The notes under the pieces are model-generated. The model did no database searches. It was not told the DNA's origin and saw only the letters and a program-made list of their open reading frames with translations. From assembly GCA_026195275.1 (NCBI GenBank), contig JAPHQU010000002.1, positions 69,964-133,963 on the forward strand: DNA of 64,000 nt, given 5' to 3'. A program made the position numbers and the translations under genes. The stretch's first letter is position 1. Every line of letters starts with the position of its first letter. This document shows, piece after piece, positions 40,617 through 48,344 of the stretch. Origin of the DNA: Minisyncoccota bacterium (lineage in GTDB: Bacteria > Patescibacteriota > Minisyncoccia > Phycocordibacterales > JABMNX01).

Positions 40617-41045
40617 ATGGCTCCAAGAATAGCAGAAAAGGATACGTTTAAGGTTGTTCGTGCTCGTAAGGGTGCAGGGCTTGGTCTGGTGGCACTCGTG
40701 CCGTTTAAGAAAGAGGACTTTGTAATCGAGTATACCGGGAACCTCATCCCTACCGAAGAAGCAGACGAGAAAGGTGGGAAGTACCTCTTTGACATAAACT
40801 CAAAATGGACGATTGATGGATCGCCGCGCGAGAACCTCGCGCGCTACATCAACCACTCCTGTAAGCCGAACTGCGAAGCGGAAATCTCTGGAAAGCGCGT
40901 AAAGATATATGCGATCAAGAATATAAAAGCGGGCGAGGAGCTCACCTACGATTATGGCGAAGAGTACTTCGATGAGTTTATTAAGCCACATGGTTGCAAA
41001 TGCAATCACTGTGTGAGCAAGAAGACAAAAGCGAAGAAAAGATAG
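40617..41045 (+). CDS. SET-domain protein lysine methyltransferase
   Basis: GLGL, IEYTG, ARYINHSCKPN, GEELTYDYG, post-SET CKCNHC. Confidence 0.92.
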   Translation: MAPRIAEKDTFKVVRARKGAGLGLVALVPFKKEDFVIEYTGNLIPTEEADEKGGKYLFDINSKWTIDGSPRENLARYINHSCKPNCEAEISGKRVKIYAIKNIKAGEELTYDYGEEYFDEFIKPHGCKCNHCVSKKTKAKKR

Positions 41046-41113
41046 AGGCTACAGTAAAAGAAGACGACCGGTGTAAAAACCGGTCGTTATTGAGGTGCTG
41101 TGCTTGCTTGCGT

Positions 41114-41443
41114 CTAAAGAGCGGGTTGTGTTGAGATGCGCTCGACCGTTTCCACGGCGGCATTGTTCCACGTGTCGGGGCTCTCGTCCTTCCCTAGTCC
41201 CATCCCCAAGAGGATCCTCTTTGCCACCGCATCATCGATTCCTTTCACGCGCTCGTGAGCGCGTTGAAGTGCATCTTTGAGGGTGTTTGGATCTTCCGGC
41301 CGAACCAGGTGTGTCGGATATGTGACGATGCTTTCGGTGATGTTGCGGAAGTTGCGCAGAGCCTCTTCGGGGCTACGATTCTCACAGACCATCGTGTTGA
41401 GCTTCCCGACGACAGACCAGTCTCGGGGTTGGTTAGTCTTCAT
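41114..41443 (-). CDS. Hypothetical protein
   Basis: 109-aa ORF with GAGGGAG SD and an upstream TTGACT/-10 promoter-like sequence. Confidence 0.55.
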   Translation of the reverse strand: MKTNQPRDWSVVGKLNTMVCENRSPEEALRNFRNITESIVTYPTHLVRPEDPNTLKDALQRAHERVKGIDDAVAKRILLGMGLGKDESPDTWNNAAVETVERISTQPAL

Positions 41444-41581
41444 GTTGGCACTCCCTCGTATGTACGAAACTCAGCATATTGTGCCATAGTAGAGGAGAGG
41501 AGTCAATATGTTATCCTGAAAGGGCAAAAAACACACCCCGCGCACTTGCGTGCGCGGGGTGTGCTTCGTAAGGAGTGTTCC

Positions 41582-41782
41582 TTACACGACAGTGACGTTG
41601 GTCGCCTGAGGACCCTTCTCACCCTCGGTCATCTCGAACTCAACTGCGTCACCCTCCTTGAGGGTGTCGAAGTCAACGTCCTTGACTTCACGAGCGTGGA
41701 AGAAAAGATCCTTGTCGCTTGCCTCGGACTTGATGAAGCCGTAGCCCTTGTCCATGAGACGCTCGATTGTTCCTTTTTCCAT
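41582..41782 (-). CDS. Cold-shock protein
   Basis: KGYGFI, DLFFH, EGDAVEF, KGPQATNV; terminator at 41532-41563. Confidence 0.95.
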   Translation of the reverse strand: MEKGTIERLMDKGYGFIKSEASDKDLFFHAREVKDVDFDTLKEGDAVEFEMTEGEKGPQATNVTVV

Positions 41783-41998
41783 TGTGAATAGAACTAGATT
41801 CGAATAAATCTTTGGATAGAGCGCAATTCGCTTGTATCCAACCTCAAATACACTCCAAAGATTCAAACTCGACTCGTTTCTCCACTTAGCAGCTTATTTG
41901 ATAGAAGAACTATAGAGGATTGAAGCTCATATGTCAACACAAAACGAGGGACATCAGATGCCCCTCCATTTATGACTCTATATGCCGCCGGCGCGAGA

Positions 41999-42112
41999 CT
42001 ATTTCGTCTTGCCACGTGCTTTTAGCATCTCTCGCTTCGTTGTGAGACGTTTTTGTGTCTTTTTCGATCGAGACGTCTTCATGGTCCCGACCCCTGTTGC
42101 TCTCTTTGCCAT
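41999..42112 (-). CDS. Small basic protein (37 aa), not in the ORF track
   Basis: MAKRATGVGTMKTSRSKKTQKRLTTKREMLKARGKTK*; TATAAT 9 nt upstream of the ATG. Confidence 0.6.
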   Translation of the reverse strand: MAKRATGVGTMKTSRSKKTQKRLTTKREMLKARGKTK

Positions 42113-42222
42113 ATGGACGCCATTATACATGATAATCTTGAATTAGGAAAAGGGGATGGGATATTAAAAAAAGACCGCTCCTAGACAGGAGCGGTCACAC
42201 AACGGTTTTAATGGTCTATGGT

Positions 42223-43035
42223 TCATATGAACCGATTTGGTACTCGAAGCTCTTCAACAAGAAGCATATCACTTTGGTGGTTTGCAAACTGCGGACTTAT
42301 GATCCTTCCGGCCAGACGCGTTCCTTTTGGGGTAACACACAGTAACGCCCCAAGAAGGTCGAGCAAGCGGTGTGTCGCGATCTCCTCAAGTTTCTCTTGA
42401 GACGATATGCCTTCATTCTGTTCAAACCACACGAACTGGTCTTTGCGACCGAAGATCTGACTGAGTACCTTAAGTACTGGTCTGCCGTACGGTCTTGCAT
42501 GTGATAATGCAGCAATGTCGATTTGATCGAGATCTCCTTCAAGGATGCTTTCCCCGATACTTTCGTAATTGACCACGATCCTGTAGACAAGGGTCCTGGT
42601 TTGATTGGTCTCTTCGCTCGGATGGATCTCCAACGATCGCCCGCTGCAGACCGGTATCTCGATCATCGTGGTGGGCGTGACGCAGGAGAACACACCACTG
42701 CGTTTCAATTGCGGCCCGATCATTTTGTGAAAGAGAACCGCACAGCCGTCATAGGGAAGTCGGGAAGCGCTGATGCGCACCCCGTCAACACCTGCTGCGT
42801 AAAGATACCCTAGCAGATGCTCAGGCACATAGAGCTCCGCCTTTTTGTGTGACAGTTTGAGGCAGTGTAGGTATGGATGCGCAGTGATGCACACCTTATC
42901 AAGGGGTACATCCGTGCCGTCCGCATTCCAGTAGATCCCCGGAGCGCCAATCGGGCTCAAGACGACTCGCGCCGTTTTCCCGAAAGCATCACGCCCGTTT
43001 ATCTCCACCTCCTTTAAGAGTGTGTTGCGGATCAT
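42223..43035 (-). CDS. LpxC-like metal-dependent N-acetylglucosamine deacetylase
   Basis: VPEHLLG (LpxC TVEHL), LPYDGCA (IMDGSA), HARPYG (RARTFG), THRLLDLLG (HKxLD), ANH (SGH); AAGGAG SD. Confidence 0.75.
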   Translation of the reverse strand: MIRNTLLKEVEINGRDAFGKTARVVLSPIGAPGIYWNADGTDVPLDKVCITAHPYLHCLKLSHKKAELYVPEHLLGYLYAAGVDGVRISASRLPYDGCAVLFHKMIGPQLKRSGVFSCVTPTTMIEIPVCSGRSLEIHPSEETNQTRTLVYRIVVNYESIGESILEGDLDQIDIAALSHARPYGRPVLKVLSQIFGRKDQFVWFEQNEGISSQEKLEEIATHRLLDLLGALLCVTPKGTRLAGRIISPQFANHQSDMLLVEELRVPNRFI

Positions 43036-43372
43036 CGAAGACTCCTTTCTTTGTTCTTGTGATATTGATATCTCACCAATGTATAGCACACCGAGCAGTT
43101 GTTGTCATGCCCTGCGCGATATGCGTGCTCGGAGACTTGCCTATGACCTTGGGTTACATACAAAATTCAAAATTGAGTAAAAATGGTGTAAAAATAAAAA
43201 GAAGAGACCACCCCCAATTGACGAGGGTGGTTTGAAGCATCATAAGGTCTCTTGAGGATGTTAGTCGTCGTGGTCGGTGCCGACTTCTAGAGAAAGGATA
43301 CTTTATACACACGCTCATTATGTACTCGTGCCTCTGGTTTGTTAATATGAGATGTATAACCGAAGATTCAAT

Positions 43373-43795
43373 ATGAACAAGAAAATAGCACTTATCGTCG
43401 TGGTCGTCATTGTCATTGCTGGTCTTGTATACTATCGAGAGACCATAACCGGGTATCTTTCCAAAGAAGCCGAGTACGTCTCAGTCACTGAGAATATTGA
43501 TGTGACAGCCTTTCGTAAGATCAGCGCAGTGACCATGTTTGATGTGCCGGAAGGGGGAGACCACCGGGCTGAATTCAGCATCTTTGTTGATGCAGACGGG
43601 GTTGTCCAGAACGTTCGTGCAATCGAGCTCGATGGCGAATCGAAAGTATATTTCGACAAGTTCTCAGATGGTGCGTACGAAGTCATAAAAGGGAAGAAGT
43701 TGAGCGAAGTCGGTCCAATCGACCGCGTGGGCACCTCCTCGCTTACTACTAACGCATTCAACTCAGTGCTCAACGATCTCAAAGCACAGCTCTAA
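43373..43795 (+). CDS. Membrane-anchored FMN-binding-domain protein
   Basis: N-terminal TM; C-terminal IDRVGTSSLTTNAF resembles the DxxSGATxTS flavinylation motif; adjacent to apbE. Confidence 0.7.
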   Translation: MNKKIALIVVVVIVIAGLVYYRETITGYLSKEAEYVSVTENIDVTAFRKISAVTMFDVPEGGDHRAEFSIFVDADGVVQNVRAIELDGESKVYFDKFSDGAYEVIKGKKLSEVGPIDRVGTSSLTTNAFNSVLNDLKAQL

Positions 43796-43804
43796 GCTGG
43801 CAGG

Positions 43805-44677
43805 ATGAAAGAGTTCTCGTTTAAAGGTATCGGCACTCGGTGGAATATCTCCATAGATGATACTGGGTCTACTGAAGAGGCCGAGCAAGAGATACTTGCT
43901 CTGGTTGGTACGTTTGAAAAACGTTTTTCTCGGTTTTTGCCGGACTCTGAAGTAAACGCATTTCGGTACGCGCTCCCCGGAGTGTACGAAGTATCAGAAG
44001 AGTTCTTAGTATTGCTTACGCGAGCAGATGAGCTTCGGGTACTCACTGGTGGTGCCTACGATCCGGCTGTGGGTCCTTTGCTTGAGGGTGCGGGGTATGA
44101 CGCATCGTACCGAATGCAGCCAGACGACTCTGTAGAGAAGTTTACACTTCCTGAATGGGAAATCACCCAGGGCAGTCTTTGTATAGACGGCCCAACAGGG
44201 TTCGACTTCGGTGGTATCGGGAAAGGATACTGTATTGATCGTGTCTCAGACCTCCTTAAAGACCTCGGGTTCAAATACTTCATCGTGGAGGCTGGCGGTG
44301 ACATGTACGGCACGTCTAAAGAGAATGATGAGCCGTGGAAGATTGCTATTGAGTACCCGGGGAAAGAGGATACTGCCGCCGGGGTCGTGCCACTGAAGGA
44401 CGGAGCAGTCGCTGTCTCAGACAGTTTTCGACGGCGGTGGGGGAGGTGGCACCATATTGTTGACCCGACAAAGAAGAGTCCAGTTGAAGATGTTATTGGT
44501 GCTGCGGTTGTGGCGCCCTCAGCCTGGAATGCCGACTGCATGACCTCAGCCCTGTTTCTCTCAAATGAGGAGATGTACGCCTCGGCGGCGGAGAAGTACG
44601 ATGCCGCGTATCTTGTGTTCCGTAGCGATGGGGTATCTGTGGTAAGCAAGAGTTGGCCGGGGGAGCTTTTCGTATAA
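43805..44677 (+). CDS. apbE: FAD:protein FMN transferase (ApbE family)
   Basis: GIGT, FSRF..DSEV, TGGAYDPAV, DFGGIGKGY, AGGD, HHIVDP, ADCMTSA. Confidence 0.92.
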   Translation: MKEFSFKGIGTRWNISIDDTGSTEEAEQEILALVGTFEKRFSRFLPDSEVNAFRYALPGVYEVSEEFLVLLTRADELRVLTGGAYDPAVGPLLEGAGYDASYRMQPDDSVEKFTLPEWEITQGSLCIDGPTGFDFGGIGKGYCIDRVSDLLKDLGFKYFIVEAGGDMYGTSKENDEPWKIAIEYPGKEDTAAGVVPLKDGAVAVSDSFRRRWGRWHHIVDPTKKSPVEDVIGAAVVAPSAWNADCMTSALFLSNEEMYASAAEKYDAAYLVFRSDGVSVVSKSWPGELFV

Positions 44678-44749
44678 GGTTTTTATAAAAACCCTATGAC
44701 ACAACAAGACAGTGACCCGAGTATCAGTTTTATATGAGTTTCTCTGAGG

Positions 44750-46009
44750 CTAATTAACAAAAGTTAGAGCCTTTCCTACCTTTTCACCACGTCCCGTCCT
44801 TCCAATTCTGTGAATGTAATCATCAAATGTCTCAGGAAGCTCGTAGTTGATCACATGAGAGACGTTGCTGATATCCAGACCTCTTGCGGCGACATCTGTT
44901 GCAGTAAGGACTTGTATTTCACCATTTTTGAATTTCTTTAGAGACCGCTGTCTCTGTCCGTGGTTTTTGTTGCCGTGTATGGATTCGGCTTTAATTCCTA
45001 GTTTTGAAAGAGATTTACTTAGTTTCTCAACACCGTATTTTGTTCTTCCAAAGACGAGAACCTTACTAAACTCCGGATCTGAGAGAAACTTCTCTAATAT
45101 ATGTAGTTTATCCTTCCCGCCGATTCTAACTATATCCTGGTCAATATTTTTCGAGGTGGCTCGGGTTTTTACAGAAATGTTTATCGGGTCATTAAGAAAA
45201 TCTTTGATAAGCCTTTCGATATTTGACGACATTGTTGCTGAAAAGAAGATCGTATGTCTCTTTTCTGGCATCTTGTCCATGACAAAACGCATATCATTTA
45301 CGAATCCCATGTCGAGCATTCTATCAGCTTCATCAAGTACGATTGTGTTAAACGTATCAAGTTTAAGAACCTCTCTTTTTATTAGGTCCATGACTCTTCC
45401 TGGGGTGCCTATAACAAAGTGATTCTGTTTTCGTAAGCTGGTTATCTGTCTATTTATAGGAGTTCCTCCAACACATATGGTTGAAGATATACCCATCCCG
45501 CGCACAAATGATCGCAGTTCTTCTTCGATCTGAATAGCCAGCTCTCTTGTTGGAGTTAAAATTATGACGCGCTCATTTTTGTTTAGAGACACCTTATCAA
45601 TTAGCGGGATCAGAAAAGCTGCTGTCTTACCGGTCCCTGTGTTTGCCAGTCCAACAATATCTTCTCCATTAAGAATGTGGGGGATTGTCTCGTCCTGTAT
45701 GGGAGTAAGTAGTTTATAACCCCTGCCCAATATATTCTTTTTTAAGATGTCTACTATTTTTAGTTCAGAAAAAGAATTTTGGGGAACAAAATCGATCTCT
45801 TCTCCTGTTGTTGGGACTGCTTTATTAATGAAGTTAGACACGTCCATATTGACGCTTTTTTTAGCCGATCGTCTACTTCCTGCGCCAGTTCTCCTTCTGC
45901 CAGAAAAAGACCTTCCTTTTGAAGAGAAGTTTTTACCTCTACTGAGACTGTATTTTTTTGCAGGAGATTTAGAATTAACCCCAGAAGCCGTGCTTCTTGT
46001 TTTTTGCAT
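44750..46009 (-). CDS. DEAD-box RNA helicase (AT-rich gene)
   Basis: TPIQ, TGTGKT, PTRELA, TPGR, DEAD, SAT, ARGLD, HRIGRTGR. Confidence 0.96.
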   Translation of the reverse strand: MQKTRSTASGVNSKSPAKKYSLSRGKNFSSKGRSFSGRRRTGAGSRRSAKKSVNMDVSNFINKAVPTTGEEIDFVPQNSFSELKIVDILKKNILGRGYKLLTPIQDETIPHILNGEDIVGLANTGTGKTAAFLIPLIDKVSLNKNERVIILTPTRELAIQIEEELRSFVRGMGISSTICVGGTPINRQITSLRKQNHFVIGTPGRVMDLIKREVLKLDTFNTIVLDEADRMLDMGFVNDMRFVMDKMPEKRHTIFFSATMSSNIERLIKDFLNDPINISVKTRATSKNIDQDIVRIGGKDKLHILEKFLSDPEFSKVLVFGRTKYGVEKLSKSLSKLGIKAESIHGNKNHGQRQRSLKKFKNGEIQVLTATDVAARGLDISNVSHVINYELPETFDDYIHRIGRTGRGEKVGKALTFVN

Positions 46010-46186
46010 GATATGTAATTAGTTAGTTAGTGACTTGTTTAACAAGCCTGATATAGATATGAAAAAAATAAAGACCCCTGATTAAAGGGTCTATATCCGT
46101 ACCTTTAATGGTATGTATATAAATAACATGAAATGTGTATAAAGTCAATAATGCGTATATAACCAAACACTTTTCTATTCTGACTA

Positions 46187-46214
46187 GCTCCGCGTTTTGA
46201 GCCCCATTAGAACC
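46187..46214 (+). other. Putative att site (left end)
   Basis: GCTCCGC gttttgagcccca TTAGAACC; same core and spacing as the 59596 site. Confidence 0.6.
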
Positions 46215-46273
46215 CATATTTTGGAACTGGATCAGTTTGAGCTTGCGTGTATTCAGAACTATTGGGATTGGTA

Positions 46274-47443
46274 TCAATTAGAGCGGGTCAGGATTGGTTG
46301 ATCAATGTCTATCGCAGGTACTATGCCGTAGCTTGAAAGAGCGCCCTGTAAGTAGTGAAAAAACTCTGGACTAGGTGGAGGAAACTTTGGGTGCTGAATT
46401 ATTTTGCCGCACACTTCTCCGTGTTCTGCTTCGTGCTCAGTTTGATAATGGTAGGAGTAGTTGGTGAAGAATACAGCGTTCAAAGGGTATTCCTCTGGTG
46501 GTAGGTCTTTCAGTTTCCGATCAACGATAGATTTTACGTCCTTGATCCATTGTTTGTCGTCCGCGGGAACATCTGGGGTCGGAGGAGTGTTTACGTCAAT
46601 GAATACTGCGAATGGCACGTCCTTCGGATTTTGTTCAAGTGCCTCCTTGAACAATCGTTTTATTACGCGAGCAGAGTACAGTTTTTCTAAAGGTTGCAAT
46701 AAGCCAGTTTCGTGGAGTACACCACTTCTTTTCTTGCTCTTTGCTTCAACGGCGAGTACGGCTTTGGTTTCTCTATGTGTAGCGATAAACTCACAGTGCT
46801 TATTCTTGCTATTTTCGTCAGTGAACTCAATATCACAATCTAGTCGTGCAAATATTGCCGCGATTGCAATCTCGTACCGTGCACCTTGATAGTGTTCGCG
46901 TGTCTTTAGGCGATCCAGTAGTGAAGGTGGCAAGTTGCGCGTATGTATCAAGCTACACACATCAAAGGCGAGAAGTAACAAACTTTTTGAGTATCCGTCT
47001 GGCTTTGCTCCCCACACTTCGTCGCTGACACGTTCCGCTACCTTTTCGTTGCGCTCAATCCATTCACCAAGCTTCTCCAGACACAAAGATATAAAGTGTC
47101 GTTCCTCTTGAGGTAGTTCTGTTTGTGCACGGAACCAGTCAAGCCCGATTGTTTCTTTGAGTATTTGGATAATGAAGCTATGGAATGTCGTGTTGGTGGG
47201 AATATCTGCATATACTTTATTCCCAAGAGCAAACACTTTTTTACCTTTGAACACGATCGGCTTTACATAGTTGATGTGTATCCCTGCTTGCTTCAGGTAC
47301 TCTTGTCTGGCTACTACTTCTCTAAAGTGTTCAATAACTTCTGGCGGAATATCATTGCTTTGGTCTTTGTTCATACAGCATCTTTTATATTTTTTTCCAC
47401 TTCTACAGGGACAAGGTTGGTTTCTTCCAGTACGAGCATTCAT
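46274..47443 (-). CDS. SEC-C motif protein with a possible PD-(D/E)xK-like nuclease domain
   Basis: GRNQPCPCRSGKKYKRCC; later YEIAIAA...CEFIA...VEAKSK. Confidence 0.7.
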   Translation of the reverse strand: MNARTGRNQPCPCRSGKKYKRCCMNKDQSNDIPPEVIEHFREVVARQEYLKQAGIHINYVKPIVFKGKKVFALGNKVYADIPTNTTFHSFIIQILKETIGLDWFRAQTELPQEERHFISLCLEKLGEWIERNEKVAERVSDEVWGAKPDGYSKSLLLLAFDVCSLIHTRNLPPSLLDRLKTREHYQGARYEIAIAAIFARLDCDIEFTDENSKNKHCEFIATHRETKAVLAVEAKSKKRSGVLHETGLLQPLEKLYSARVIKRLFKEALEQNPKDVPFAVFIDVNTPPTPDVPADDKQWIKDVKSIVDRKLKDLPPEEYPLNAVFFTNYSYHYQTEHEAEHGEVCGKIIQHPKFPPPSPEFFHYLQGALSSYGIVPAIDIDQPILTRSN

Positions 47444-47571
47444 AAGAGTATTTTATAACTTTTGAGTACTCAGCGCTCTTTATTGGTTTCAGAGAAAGAG
47501 GTATACTTGATTTACAACTGAATATTGAGCCCGTGAGGGCTAGCACCTAACCCTGTCGCTTCGGCGCAGGT

Positions 47572-47712
47572 ATGGTGGGTTTCATAAACGCGGGAGTACA
47601 GATTGCACTCTTGAGAGAAGGTGTGATTGATGTGCCAGAATATCTCTCCTCGTGGCTTGAAGGAGACGAGCGCACCATAACAAAAGAAAAAATGGGACTG
47701 CTGGTGCGATAA
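47572..47712 (+). CDS. Possible small protein (46 aa)
   Basis: MVGFINAGVQIALLREGVIDVPEYLSSWLEGDERTITKEKMGLLVR*, downstream of a TATACT and two hairpins. Confidence 0.3.
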   Translation: MVGFINAGVQIALLREGVIDVPEYLSSWLEGDERTITKEKMGLLVR

Positions 47713-47800
47713 GCAACATTCCATTGCGGGCAAATGGTCGCATATGGTCGCAAAATTGACACAGAGAGCGCACCAGTAGCATTTTCGCTATACTTTAGGT

Positions 47801-48280
47801 ATGGATACCTTTTCGTTATCAAACATACGAACTGCCCGTCAAAGCCAAGCCATTCAGTTTTGGATTGATGGAGGACGTAAGAGTAAGGCGGAGGCGCTTC
47901 GTAAAGCAGGATATAGCGAGGCGGTTGTTCGGCACCCCGAGCGTGTCTTTGGAAGTCCGAGCGTTCAACAAGAACTAGAACTGCGCGGGCTCGGCAGAGA
48001 CGGGTTCGGTATTCCTAAACCAATGCCAGCGGAAATATTGGTTGAGGAGGACATACTGCCCACGTCTCCTGTCTACTCGTTCAACCCGCAGGAGATACCA
48101 ACCGAACAATTGCAAGAACTCAAAGAAAAACTGCGTGCCATTGGTTATGAGCCAACCTCACCTCGTGCGACTACTGAACCAATACGCGCAACTCCAATGA
48201 CTTTGCGCAACAATCTTGGGTGTGCTGATGTGTTGGAAGTTTCTGCGGAAAAATCGTTTCCAAATATGTCGTCTATGTGA
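47801..48280 (+). CDS. Hypothetical protein with terminase-small-subunit-like HTH
   Basis: KAEALRKAGYS resembles the TerS AAxxAGYS helix-turn-helix; TATACT 6 nt upstream. Confidence 0.55.
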   Translation: MDTFSLSNIRTARQSQAIQFWIDGGRKSKAEALRKAGYSEAVVRHPERVFGSPSVQQELELRGLGRDGFGIPKPMPAEILVEEDILPTSPVYSFNPQEIPTEQLQELKEKLRAIGYEPTSPRATTEPIRATPMTLRNNLGCADVLEVSAEKSFPNMSSM

Positions 48281-48344
48281 GCCATTTTTTCTAGCCGCTA
48301 GGGCTGAAATGTGGTAAAATAAAGCCAACATATGCCTCAACGCT

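Noticed and set aside
44680-46200. Exact long duplication of the tRNA-Asn 3' end, as for tyrosine integrases
   Set aside because: Not found. Only the short GCTCC core and GAACC motif are shared.
47515-47560. Hammerhead ribozyme
   Set aside because: The CUGANGA and GAAA core is not present in the right arrangement.
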